From: an uncultured Verrucomicrobiae bacterium
Lineage (GTDB): Bacteria > Verrucomicrobiota > Verrucomicrobiia > Chthoniobacterales > JAFAMB01
Direction: 5' to 3'
Assembly (NCBI GenBank): GCA_963804425.1
Contig: CAWDQF010000003.1
Coordinates: 134,722-198,721, forward strand
Length of the DNA: 64,000 bases
Below the pieces are notes generated by a model. That model was not told where the DNA came from and did no database searches. It worked only from the letters and a program-made list of their open reading frames with translations. Every line of letters starts with the position of its first letter. The first letter of the stretch is position 1. Position numbers and translations under genes: made by a program. Positions 11,670 through 20,708 of the stretch are shown here, in pieces.

Positions 11670-12010
11670 TATTCCATCCTTTCCAAAAGTGCTTCAAGAC
11701 GGTCAAACCGGTCGCGCCAGAATGCACCGTAGTGACGCAGCCAGTCCACCATCGGCGCCAGCGCATCGGGCCGTGCGCGATAGTGAGTTTCGCGTCCTTC
11801 GCGGCGATGCCGTACCAGCTTCGCCCGCTTCAGCACGGTCAGGTGCTTGGAGACAGCAGGCTGAGATACGCATGCATAGCGAGTCAATGCGTGGACGGTC
11901 TGTTCGCCCTGCCGGGTCAACTCCTCGAAAATGGCCCTGCGCGTCGGATCGGCGAGAGCGCGGAACACGTTATTGGCGTTGGCCGGCGTCACGCACAAAA
12001 CCATAACCAT
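11669..12010 (-). CDS. ArsR/SmtB family transcriptional regulator
   Basis: FRALADPTRRAIFEELTRQGEQTVHAL...VSQPAVSKHLTVLKRAKLV is a winged-HTH signature. Start moved to ATG 12010. Confidence 0.88.
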   Translation of the reverse strand: MVMVLCVTPANANNVFRALADPTRRAIFEELTRQGEQTVHALTRYACVSQPAVSKHLTVLKRAKLVRHRREGRETHYRARPDALAPMVDWLRHYGAFWRDRFDRLEALLERME

Positions 12011-12239
12011 ACGGTGATGGTTTTTCAAGGAGAGACGTAACACAATTTCCAATTGCGGCCTTGCGCGATATCAACTCCTTCGATTGCGCAGCAGGCAAGA
12101 CACGATGGACAGATTCGTGACGAGCTTCGCTTAACCCAGCCTGAAATTCTCCGTTTCTCGATGAGCGCACAATCGCCGAGTCACTCAGCGAGCGCTAAAG
12201 GGGAATCGGAGAATCGAAAGTTTCCGATTCCCGGCCGGA

Positions 12240-12695
12240 TCACGGGCAAACCGGAAGTAGGACCTGAGTGTTTGCCGAGCGCATTGCGGAAACGACGTTT
12301 GCGCAACGATGCCGAACGTCTTCGATGTGTTTTTTGGAAAGACCGGCGCTGGATTTCGTCTGTTGGTAGTCTGCCGAAAGGACTGAAACGGGAAGGATGC
12401 TTCGCGTTTCCAAATGAGCAACGAAAAACTCTGTTGCGTCCCAGATAGTCTTTCCGAAAGGCGTGAGGCGTTCTGCGCATTTGGCAGCTAAAATTCGCAA
12501 ATCGGCCGAGATGGCCTGCCCTTCTTCCCCCTCTTTGCGCAACTGCTTTCCTCGCTTCTTTAGCTCTTCTAGCGCCTCCTTTTCAGTCTTGAAGAACAGG
12601 CGTTTTCGCTTCCCGTTGACTTTGAGACCGTCGAGATAATACTGGTAGTCCCTGTCGCCCTTATACGGTAATATTCGCAACTCTCGGCGTGCCAT
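12240..12695 (-). pseudogene. tyrosine integrase remnant (N-terminal part only)
   Basis: MARRELRILPYKGDRDYQYYLDGLKVNGKRKRLFFKTEKEALEELKK... resembles the arm-binding/SAM-like N-terminus of phage-type integrases. The ORF stops after about 150 aa with frame breaks near 12300, and no catalytic R..HxxR..Y domain follows. Confidence 0.65.
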
Positions 12696-12724
12696 TCGCT
12701 TTGGTTCGCATATTACCCGGAATT

Positions 12725-12741
12725 TGGCAACTGTTGGCAAC
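12725..12741. promoter_or_regulatory. two direct TGGCAAC motifs 10 bp apart in the integrase upstream region
   Basis: TGGCAAC at 12725 and 12735, the same heptamer as the 7313-7377 cluster. Confidence 0.35.
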
Positions 12742-12808
12742 TAGATCCGAATTTAGCCGAATTCTAGGGCTGGAATTTGCGACGTAAGTTGATAATAATG
12801 AGCAACTT

Positions 12809-12896
12809 GGAGGGATGGCTGAGTGGTTTAAAGCACCGGTCTTGAAAACCGGAGACCCGTAAGGGTCCGTGGGTTCGAATCCCACTCCCTCCGCCA
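12809..12896 (+). tRNA. tRNA-Ser (anticodon UGA), CCA encoded
   Basis: Manual fold: acceptor GGAGGGA/TCCCTCC, D arm, anticodon arm CCGGT-CTTGAAA-ACCGG (anticodon TGA), long variable arm AGACCCGTAAGGGTCCG, T arm GTGGG-TTCGAAT-CCCAC, discriminator G, CCA. Confidence 0.93.
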
Positions 12897-12906
12897 CTTG
12901 ATGCTC

Positions 12907-13620
12907 TCACTGGTTAGTGACCGGCGGCTGTTTTGGGACTTTGATCAAGATTTCCGTAAAGGTGGAGCCGTCACTCGCCGCCGAGATTTCTCCGTTGATC
13001 TGAGCTAACTCTCCGCGGGCTCGGAACAAACCCAAACCGAATGACTCAGTGAGTTTCCGCGTGGTAAAAAAGGGATCGAAAATGCGGGGCAAGACTTCTT
13101 TCTTTATCCCTCTGCCGTTATCCCGAAATCGAAAAATGTAACTGTCATGGAGTTCTTCGATCTGATGCTCGACTTGAGTGGCACCGGCTGTGGCCGCGTT
13201 CCGGAGGATTTCTTCCAAGATCTGGCGCAGTTTCACCGGATCCACTTCAATCGCTCCGGTGATTGCGGAATTTTTCGCGATCACTTGGAGATTTGCTGGC
13301 ACAGCGCACTCCTGGAACAGTGATTCAAAATGTACCGTTTCGAAACGATACGGGGTCGCTTTTGCCACAATCGCTGCCTCGTCAACGATCAGCGATAGCA
13401 CTTGAGTCGCTTTGGCCATGTTTTCTACCGGGTCTCGAATCTCGTTCGGTAGCTTTTCATCCATGAGAATTAAACCACTGTGGCCGGACAAAACCGTCGT
13501 GACATTGTTTAATTTGTGAATCAAACCGGCTAACAGACTGAAATAATACTCAGACGAATAAAGGGTTCGCGGGGAAGTTACGTTTTTGGTCTTGGACACA
13601 GCTATATTTTCAACAAACAA
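12907..13620 (-). CDS. soluble histidine kinase (HisKA-like H-box plus HATPase_c)
   Basis: H-box LAGLIHKLNNVTTVL, N-box ILRNAATA, DNGRGI, GLGLF. No transmembrane segment. Confidence 0.8.
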   Translation of the reverse strand: MFVENIAVSKTKNVTSPRTLYSSEYYFSLLAGLIHKLNNVTTVLSGHSGLILMDEKLPNEIRDPVENMAKATQVLSLIVDEAAIVAKATPYRFETVHFESLFQECAVPANLQVIAKNSAITGAIEVDPVKLRQILEEILRNAATAGATQVEHQIEELHDSYIFRFRDNGRGIKKEVLPRIFDPFFTTRKLTESFGLGLFRARGELAQINGEISAASDGSTFTEILIKVPKQPPVTNQ

Positions 13621-13638
13621 TATAATTCTTCGGGTAAT

Positions 13639-14460
13639 TTACACCAACTCGAGGGAAAAATCGATAGCTGAAGCCGAATGAGTCAACTGCCCGACAGAGA
13701 TATAATCGACTCCGGTTTCCGCAATTGGGCGAATGGTCTGTAAGTTGACTCCTCCGCTGGCTTCGAACTTTAGACCGGGCCGGCGAAGGTCAACGCACGC
13801 GCGCATTTCAGCGGGAGCCATATTGTCGAGGAGAATAACATCCACACCGTCGAGCCGAGCGAAGTCGCGGACCTGCGCCAACGAATCCGCTTCGAGTTCG
13901 ATTAGGATGCTGGGATGCTCTTTTCTCAGCTTTTGAATGGTGGCGATCAGGTCTGGCTTGGCCAGCAAATGATTGTCTTTTACCATCACCGCATCGAATA
14001 ACCCCATGCGATGGTTGGTTCCGCCGCCCGCCACAACGGCAGCTTTTTCTAGCCTCCTCAGACCGGGTGTCGTCTTCCGCGTATCCAGAATCTGCGCCGC
14101 AGTTCCCTTGACGGCCTCCACGAATGCCCGAGTCAATGTTGCTACCCCGGACAATCGCTGCAGAAAATTTAAGGCGACCCGTTCGGCCGTCAGAATAGAG
14201 CGGGTCCGCCCGGAAATCCGGACAACGGTAGCTCCCGGGTTCACCGGCGTGCCGTCGGGTTGAGCGATCTCGATCAGAAGATCAGGATCGACTTGCCGAA
14301 AAGTCGATTTAGCCGTCTCGGTTCCGGCGACGATTGCGGCCTGTTTCGCAAGAATGCGCGCTTGTGAGTGATGAGTCTCTGGAATGAAAAAACGGGAGGT
14401 GAGATCGCCAGAGCCCACATCTTCAGCCAGCGCAATAGCTACAGGGTCAACAGAAGCCAC
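13639..14460 (-). CDS. nadC: nicotinate-nucleotide pyrophosphorylase (quinolinate phosphoribosyltransferase)
   Basis: EDVGSGDLTS start, ERVALNFLQRLSGVAT, LDTRKTTPGLR, KDNH, and ILLDNM...ASGGV are all canonical NadC segments. Confidence 0.93.
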   Translation of the reverse strand: MASVDPVAIALAEDVGSGDLTSRFFIPETHHSQARILAKQAAIVAGTETAKSTFRQVDPDLLIEIAQPDGTPVNPGATVVRISGRTRSILTAERVALNFLQRLSGVATLTRAFVEAVKGTAAQILDTRKTTPGLRRLEKAAVVAGGGTNHRMGLFDAVMVKDNHLLAKPDLIATIQKLRKEHPSILIELEADSLAQVRDFARLDGVDVILLDNMAPAEMRACVDLRRPGLKFEASGGVNLQTIRPIAETGVDYISVGQLTHSASAIDFSLELV

Positions 14461-14553
14461 GGGTGCGAGCGTAGTCCGGATTCGCCAAATCTCAAGCGCC
14501 CCAGTGACCCCGAGTGATGCTGTTGTACGACAAAATCAAAACATATAACATTC

Positions 14554-14582
14554 TTGTGTTGTATTATGATAATAACATAATA
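14554..14582 (+). promoter_or_regulatory. candidate sigma70-type promoter in the AT-rich leader of the T4SS operon
   Basis: TTGTGT (14554) - 17 nt - ATAATA (14577), inside an unusually AT-rich ~80-nt stretch just upstream of the pilin gene. Confidence 0.25.
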
Positions 14583-14597
14583 TATCTAAGATATTTT

Positions 14598-14936
14598 ATG
14601 AAAACGCTTCCTCATCAGACAGGAAATCCGATGCTAAAAGCTTGGATCAAGCTGTCCATTTTCATGCTTGGTGGCTCGACACTGGCGAGCCCTGCCTATG
14701 CGGCTGATCTAAACGTGTTTATCGATCCGCTGAAACAAGGATTGAATCTAATCGTAGTTTTCGGATTCATCGCCGGCTGCGTCATGGTCATCGGCGGTTT
14801 CCTTAATGCACGGCGAGACGAGAACTGGAAAATGACGGTTATCTATGGAATTGGGGTCGCCGGTGCGGTAGCCCTAATGAAAGCACTGTTCTCGATTTTC
14901 GGCGGTAACGCTTCCGCGACGATCGCTGGATTCTAG
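14598..14936 (+). CDS. virB2: VirB2/TrbC-like T4SS pilin
   Basis: Signal peptide ending AYA|AD, then two hydrophobic helices separated by NARRDENWK in a ~72-aa mature part. First gene of the operon. An alternative start at 14631 has AGGAAA 6 nt upstream. Confidence 0.7.
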   Translation: MKTLPHQTGNPMLKAWIKLSIFMLGGSTLASPAYAADLNVFIDPLKQGLNLIVVFGFIAGCVMVIGGFLNARRDENWKMTVIYGIGVAGAVALMKALFSIFGGNASATIAGF

Positions 14937-14964
14937 CATCTGCGAACACTCATCCGAGCTAGTT

Positions 14965-15303
14965 ATGGACGAGGGCCTTATATACACGGACAGCCGACCT
15001 CGGGCAAAGTCGACCGGGCACGCATTCGGTTTTGAGGGAAATCTTGGGATGGGCGTCATCACTGCGGGAATGATCTCGGTTTTCATCCTAACAATGCTGC
15101 TGCAGACGGGAAATCCGATGCCTCTTCCCTGGGAGTTCGCGATCGCTTCATTACCGACGCTGCTAACAACAGGGTATATCAGCCTGTTCCGCAACAAGAA
15201 GCCGCCTCGCTTTGATGTGGATCTTCTCATCAGTTTTGTGAACGGCCCTGCGTTTCAACCCGCGCGTGTGCAGCCGCGCCATCCCTTTCTTCCGCTCAAA
15301 TGA
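14965..15303 (+). CDS. VirB3-like small inner-membrane protein
   Basis: 112 aa with two hydrophobic segments, located between the pilin and VirB4 genes. ATGA overlap with virB4. The call rests mainly on position and topology. Confidence 0.45.
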   Translation: MDEGLIYTDSRPRAKSTGHAFGFEGNLGMGVITAGMISVFILTMLLQTGNPMPLPWEFAIASLPTLLTTGYISLFRNKKPPRFDVDLLISFVNGPAFQPARVQPRHPFLPLK

Positions 15304-18149
15304 TCTCCGCTCTATTTAGCGCGTGCGAATCGATCGTCGGCTTAGTGACCCATAAGGGAGCGGGTCCGACTTCTCGAATTTCCCGAATCGGCATGCCTAA
15401 TGGATTCTTTCTCAATGATCTGCTGTGGTTCGGTGACGGCGCGACGAAAAGGACAGTTGTTTCTCGCGGATTCATGATTGAGCCAGGCGAGATGACCGCG
15501 TTCAGCGTCGGGCAACTGAACGAACTGCACGAGCGGCTGCGCGCTCTCCTTGGCATGTTAGGTCAAGAGTACCAGTTACAAATCCAATGGAGTATTGACA
15601 GCGATTACCGGCACGAACTGGAAGAATACCATAAAGAGACTCTAGAACTACGTAGGCGAGATCCAGTGTACGGGCAATTTGGCGTATTAGTTCGGGCGGA
15701 ACGCTATGAGCGATACAAAGCGGCGATGCAGCAGGGCAGACTTCGCCGAGAGCGACTGACGCTCTTCTTTACGCGCGTCATCGAAACAAAGGTGCCCGCC
15801 TTTGGCCAGCTAGCTGTCGCTGAGTACTTCGATACTTTATCGCGCAAAGAAAGTCTGGGTCTTCAAGATCTTGTGTTGGGCGCGCTTTCCCGTCTCTTCG
15901 CGGATTGTCGGGTCACTGCGATGCGGGATGATGACCATTTCCTCTTTTATTATCGCTTTCTAAATACAAATCTCGGAATGACCGAGGCTGACCCACTGGA
16001 GATGTTCGATCCAGCCTACTCGATCCAGCAAAATTGCTTGCACTCCGAGGGGATCGGTACGCCGAAGATTCCGGGCGTTTCATTCTCGCTCGACTGTTAT
16101 CATCACGCCATTTTTGCGGTCCGCCAATGGCCCCGCCGAACGTTTCCAGGGATCATTTCTGCGCTTACGAGCATGGGATTCCAGGAATACGGCATCACCG
16201 TGAATATCTATCCGAAGCGGATCGATAAGGTCATTGAGAAGGAAGAGCGGAATATTCAGCGTTTGCAGATCGACGCGATGTCGGAGCGAAAACAATCACT
16301 CGTCACCGACATGGCGGCAAAACAGGATAAGGTGAACGAACTCCAGCAGGGGAGAGTGATTCCACTCGATTGCTTATACGTTGTGCGGCTGTGGCATCGC
16401 GATCCGGAAGTGTTAGCGGGCCGTTGCGCTTCCCTGAAGAATGCATTCACCTCGATGGGAGGAGCAGCGATTCACCACGCGACCATTCCGGAGAATGCTC
16501 GCCAATTATTCTATCAGACTTGGCCGGGGTGGACCTACGGAGTCTACCGGGCATTCGATTTACCGGCCGAAGATTCCTATCTCTGCGACTTAGTTCCCTG
16601 GTCGGCCACGTTTACCGGCCATCTGGACAAGGCGGAAGCCATTTATAATGGTGCGCGTGGCAATCTCGTCGGGATTAGAACTCGGATCGGCAATACTCCA
16701 CAACACGGCGTTCTCTTCGGAATGACGGGTGCAGGTAAGTCGGTAATCATCGGCGATTTGTTGGCTCAAATTGGTCACCGGTTTGGTTTTAGACTCATCG
16801 TTGAGGAGGGGCTCTCGCATGGCGTCCTGACCCAGACGCAAGGCTGCGAGCCGGTCATCGTGAACCCTAACGGCAATCTCACGATCAACTACCTGGACAC
16901 CGGAGGCACTCCTTTGTCTCCTTTGCACCTCGCCTTCAGTGCCGGTCTTTGTATGCTGTTTTGCGGGAATGAAGGCCTAGATGGCGAGCGCAAGGCACTC
17001 CGCCATGCGATGCTGGTGGAGAACCTGCAACAGCTTTATACCGACGTCTTCACAGACTGGATCGTTGCTAACGAGCCGGCTGCGGAAGAGCTTCGATGGT
17101 TAGCCTGCGCAATCGATCGATATCTGCGAACCAAGATGAAGAGTTCGCAATTCAATTTTGTCGATGCGTTTGCAACTTTCCGCGACTGGGAAGCGCGGTG
17201 TCCCGACGAAGCGCAGTCCTTCATTCAAGGACTGGGGGAGCAGGCAGTGGCAGAGTTCGGCAAGAACCCTGCGACTGCTAACCTGGCGCGCGATCTGGCG
17301 TTTGCTTATTTTCGGCCAGACCAATTTCCAACCCACAGCGGACTTGTTGAACAACTTCTCTACAACCCGCGCGCTGGGATGCGGGAACGAGAAGAAAGCG
17401 ATCGAGTTGGCAAGCTTCTCAAAGCGTGGGGGCGCGATGGTGAGCGTGGCAGACTCTTTGATGGCGTTAGCAACGTGCGAATTGATGGAAGGGTAGCTCA
17501 TTTTGAACTGGGTCAGATACCCGAACACGCCATCGAAATGAGGGCGGCTGCGAACTTCCTCGTTGCCAACTATGGTCGTCAAAAGATTATATCAATGCCA
17601 CGCGCGGTGCCAAAGATAGCGATCTTCGAAGAGGCGTCGCGAACCCTAGATATTCCAGGGGGAGTCAAAATGATCCAGGAGTACTACCGCCAGATGAGGA
17701 AGTTTGGCTGTAACATACTCGCTGTCGTTCAGCAATACGATATCATCAAAGATTCACCAGTGCGCGGTGCGATGATCGGAAATTCGAAGATGTTCCTAAT
17801 AACTGCGCAGCAGAGTCGAGAGGATGCCTATGATATTGGCGAGGCGTTAAGCCTTTCGCAAAAAACTGTCGACACCATTCACAACTATCCGCTTCCGGAG
17901 TTAATGGATCCCTCGGACCGGTTCAGCGCTTTTACCTACGTAGCTAACTACAAAATCCGGCGTTTGGTTGGCACTGTGAAGAACGTTGCGTCTCGCGAAC
18001 TGCTTTATGCTGCCTCGAGTGACAACGATACCTTCGACGAACGGACCGCTTGTCTTGCTAGCTACAAAAATATCATTGCCGGCATCCTACAGGAATCCGA
18101 GAAAATTTCGTGCGCGACGGAGGCATCTGCAACTGAGCCGGTTCTATGA
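15300..18149 (+). CDS. virB4: VirB4/TrbE/TraC-family T4SS ATPase
   Basis: 949 aa. Walker A GMTGAGKS, Walker B-like KIAIFEEA, and the long N-terminal domain typical of VirB4. The operon context also fits. Confidence 0.9.
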   Translation: MISALFSACESIVGLVTHKGAGPTSRISRIGMPNGFFLNDLLWFGDGATKRTVVSRGFMIEPGEMTAFSVGQLNELHERLRALLGMLGQEYQLQIQWSIDSDYRHELEEYHKETLELRRRDPVYGQFGVLVRAERYERYKAAMQQGRLRRERLTLFFTRVIETKVPAFGQLAVAEYFDTLSRKESLGLQDLVLGALSRLFADCRVTAMRDDDHFLFYYRFLNTNLGMTEADPLEMFDPAYSIQQNCLHSEGIGTPKIPGVSFSLDCYHHAIFAVRQWPRRTFPGIISALTSMGFQEYGITVNIYPKRIDKVIEKEERNIQRLQIDAMSERKQSLVTDMAAKQDKVNELQQGRVIPLDCLYVVRLWHRDPEVLAGRCASLKNAFTSMGGAAIHHATIPENARQLFYQTWPGWTYGVYRAFDLPAEDSYLCDLVPWSATFTGHLDKAEAIYNGARGNLVGIRTRIGNTPQHGVLFGMTGAGKSVIIGDLLAQIGHRFGFRLIVEEGLSHGVLTQTQGCEPVIVNPNGNLTINYLDTGGTPLSPLHLAFSAGLCMLFCGNEGLDGERKALRHAMLVENLQQLYTDVFTDWIVANEPAAEELRWLACAIDRYLRTKMKSSQFNFVDAFATFRDWEARCPDEAQSFIQGLGEQAVAEFGKNPATANLARDLAFAYFRPDQFPTHSGLVEQLLYNPRAGMREREESDRVGKLLKAWGRDGERGRLFDGVSNVRIDGRVAHFELGQIPEHAIEMRAAANFLVANYGRQKIISMPRAVPKIAIFEEASRTLDIPGGVKMIQEYYRQMRKFGCNILAVVQQYDIIKDSPVRGAMIGNSKMFLITAQQSREDAYDIGEALSLSQKTVDTIHNYPLPELMDPSDRFSAFTYVANYKIRRLVGTVKNVASRELLYAASSDNDTFDERTACLASYKNIIAGILQESEKISCATEASATEPVL

Positions 18150-18508
18150 AAAAATCGGGATTCTTTCTCTGTCTTCTGATCACGAGCTGCACGGTTGGTC
18201 CGACCGTCCCGAAAGGGCAAATCACGGTACAGGGTCGTGGTGCAGAGGCGCTGACCAATCAAGGTGATCCACTAATGGCAAGCGGTGCTGATGAACGGAA
18301 GGTTCCGATCGATTTTGCCAAAGGCTATGCCAAAGGGCTCTCCGATCAGGTGAAGCGGAATTATTGGGCGCAACAGGAGAACCAACGTTCCCCTCAGGAG
18401 GATAACCAGGGCAAGATCCGCTATTACAACGCCACGATACCAGAACATCAAGATTCGAGTGGAGTTATACGGGTCCAACGCGAGGTAGTCATCCCAATTG
18501 TCGAATGA
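18146..18508 (+). CDS. small lipoprotein (VirB7-position candidate; function unknown)
   Basis: Lipobox LLITSC after MKKSGFF. ATGA overlaps on both sides. Confidence 0.65.
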   Translation: MKKSGFFLCLLITSCTVGPTVPKGQITVQGRGAEALTNQGDPLMASGADERKVPIDFAKGYAKGLSDQVKRNYWAQQENQRSPQEDNQGKIRYYNATIPEHQDSSGVIRVQREVVIPIVE

Positions 18509-19341
18509 AGACTCAAATATTGAAGTGGTCTTTCATAGTGTTCATTTGTTCCGCGGTCTGTGCCACCGGTAAAGCCTACACCGTTCACGATCCAATTCAC
18601 ACGGTGCTCAATATCTTACAGCAGGTAATTGGACAGGTGCGACAGGAACTTCAACACGCTGAGGATGTCGCCAAATACGCGGAGATGATCGAAAAGCAGA
18701 TGCAACAAATTCAGCAACTAACCACGATGATTAATCAAAACGTGGAGCAGCTGCGCCGCATTGGCGATCCGAACACCTACGTCAACATGTTAGGGCTAGA
18801 TACTCTATTCAACGAAATGAGCCGAATCAAAAACGGAGTCGGCACTACGATGGCAGAGTTTCAACACACCGTCGATGGAGTCGCTGCTCTCAAAGACACT
18901 GCCAACGGCCTATATCAAGATCTTAGCCAGGTGCCCGATCGGTTCGGGAAGACGGTCCAATACGATGTAAACAGCTTTAAACGGTTCGGAGCGGTCCAGG
19001 ACATGTATAAGTCTTTTAATACGGAAATCGAGCAGGCAAATCGTTCGCTGGCGGTTCTTCAGCAAGAGAAACAGAGCAGCTTACAACAATTAAATTCAGC
19101 CGGTTCCCTAATCGAAGTCCAGAAACTTACAGGCAAGTTGCATGCAATTGAGTCTAGCATTCAGGACACAACTGCCCGAATAGACATGGCTGCGCAGAAG
19201 ACGCTCGTTCAACACGTTGCCAACCAGAACGATCAGCTGCGAATGCAGCAGGCGCTGCTGCAACAACGTTTGCAAGAGGTGGAAGAAGAAAATTTGCAAA
19301 TGCAGCAAAATGCCAACCGGATGCTGCAATCACTAAAATAA
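18505..19341 (+). CDS. TrbJ/VirB5-like protein
   Basis: Signal peptide, then VHDPIHTVLNILQQVIGQVRQELQ... and a Gln-rich coiled coil. This resembles the (I/V)xDxxNxxQ...Q start of TrbJ. It precedes a TrbL-like gene, as in Trb operons. Confidence 0.65.
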   Translation: MKTQILKWSFIVFICSAVCATGKAYTVHDPIHTVLNILQQVIGQVRQELQHAEDVAKYAEMIEKQMQQIQQLTTMINQNVEQLRRIGDPNTYVNMLGLDTLFNEMSRIKNGVGTTMAEFQHTVDGVAALKDTANGLYQDLSQVPDRFGKTVQYDVNSFKRFGAVQDMYKSFNTEIEQANRSLAVLQQEKQSSLQQLNSAGSLIEVQKLTGKLHAIESSIQDTTARIDMAAQKTLVQHVANQNDQLRMQQALLQQRLQEVEEENLQMQQNANRMLQSLK

Positions 19342-19348
19342 CTAACTT

Positions 19349-20695
19349 ATGTTTTTACTTGCCGCCGTCGACGGAACCTCCATCAATCTCCATCTGCAAG
19401 AGATCCTTGCGGCCATGCAGAATATTGAGCGCCAGGTGCAACCACTCGCCGTCGTCGTTGCCTTTGTTCTCTTGGTGTTCGGGACCATGCGCGGGTTCTT
19501 AGAACCAGAATCGCGCAAATTCATGCTGAACCTATTGCGGGCAATCATCATTGTTGGCTTAATCTGCCAGTGGTTCCAAGTGAAGCAGTGGCTAGGCTAC
19601 GCGGCTGACGGACTGACTCAATACCGAGTTAACGTTAACCTTGCGGCGTTTGGTCAAGGCTCCCGCGAAATCGCGGTGGGCGAAAACCTGGATGAAATTC
19701 GAAGCGTCATCAGCGAGAAAATTACCCAGAAAAGCGACAGCAAAGATCAGCTTAACGCGGGCGACTTGGCAAACCCATTTCAAGCGGCTCAAAAGTTGTT
19801 CAACGCCAACGTCGGCCATTTTTTGTCGCTGGTGCTTTGGCATATCTATATGGGGACGCTCTTCATCTGCGAGTGGATCATCGTTATGATGAGTTTCTTG
19901 CAACGGGCAATCGTAGTCTTTCTCGATCTTTATGTTCCGATTGCTTTAGCCGAGTTTTCTGTGCGTGGCTTACAAAGCCAAGGCCAAGCATTCTTCAAGA
20001 GCTATGTCGGCGTTCATGCTTGGCCGGTGGGTTGGATGTTCGCAAATCTAGTGACGTTTGCTCTTTTGCAGGCGTTGCCAGCTCCCCATGCGAACAATCC
20101 GATGGAAATACTGGGAGCAATCGTCTGGTCGATTCCAATTCTGCTCTGGGTAATTATTGGACATGTGATTGGCCCGTTTTACGCCCAAAAAGTGGTGACG
20201 CGAGGTGGGGCGGAACTGCAGGCATTCGCCGGCGCGATGGTCGCTGTTGTGGGAGGGACCACCGGCTCAGCATATGCCGGAGCGCTCCATTTCGGGGCAA
20301 GAAGACTCGGGACCTTTGGCCAATCGGCTTTAAACCCCAAAAGGAACGATGAGACTGGCAGCAGCCAGGGCCCGGAATCATCGAGCGGTTGGGCAGGTAC
20401 GTCCGAGTTGGAAGGATTAAACTCTAGTCTTGGTGCAAGCGGCCGGCAGGGGAAACAAGTGGATTGGGCACGTGGCCTCCTTGGTTATGGAGCTGAGAAG
20501 ACCGCCCAGGCCTCTGATTTTGCTGCTGGCCTTTCGGAAACCGGTGGGAATTTTGCGAGTACCGTGGGTTCGATGATTGCCAACGCCAGCGGCAACCGCA
20601 TCGGTCCGGAGGGTACTTTTCGGTTCGGTTCTTTCAGAAGATCGGAACCTGAGCTTAACCGCTCGTCTCGGCGAGCCAGAAGTTATTTAAGCTAA
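19349..20695 (+). CDS. TrbL/VirB6-like polytopic membrane protein
   Basis: Multiple TM helices with a large periplasmic loop after TM2 and a Gly/Ser-rich disordered C-terminal tail. It follows the TrbJ-like gene. Confidence 0.65.
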   Translation: MFLLAAVDGTSINLHLQEILAAMQNIERQVQPLAVVVAFVLLVFGTMRGFLEPESRKFMLNLLRAIIIVGLICQWFQVKQWLGYAADGLTQYRVNVNLAAFGQGSREIAVGENLDEIRSVISEKITQKSDSKDQLNAGDLANPFQAAQKLFNANVGHFLSLVLWHIYMGTLFICEWIIVMMSFLQRAIVVFLDLYVPIALAEFSVRGLQSQGQAFFKSYVGVHAWPVGWMFANLVTFALLQALPAPHANNPMEILGAIVWSIPILLWVIIGHVIGPFYAQKVVTRGGAELQAFAGAMVAVVGGTTGSAYAGALHFGARRLGTFGQSALNPKRNDETGSSQGPESSSGWAGTSELEGLNSSLGASGRQGKQVDWARGLLGYGAEKTAQASDFAAGLSETGGNFASTVGSMIANASGNRIGPEGTFRFGSFRRSEPELNRSSRRARSYLS

Positions 20696-20708
20696 CTAGC
20701 GGCACACA

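Larger units (their letters stand above)
7232..12808. mobile_element. decayed integrative island between the tRNA-Ser 5' fragment and the intact tRNA-Ser
   Basis: Bounded by the tRNA fragment and the intact tRNA. Contains an integrase remnant next to the tRNA, TGGCAAC motif clusters at both ends, TA genes, a truncated gene fragment and a GC-rich foreign-looking operon. Confidence 0.6.

Noticed and set aside
14571-14579. AATAACATA occurs both in the T4SS leader (14571) and next to the 27376 palindrome (27372), hinting at a shared regulator
   Set aside because: A 9-mer match between two very AT-rich stretches is within chance expectation. It needs genome-wide motif statistics before any claim.
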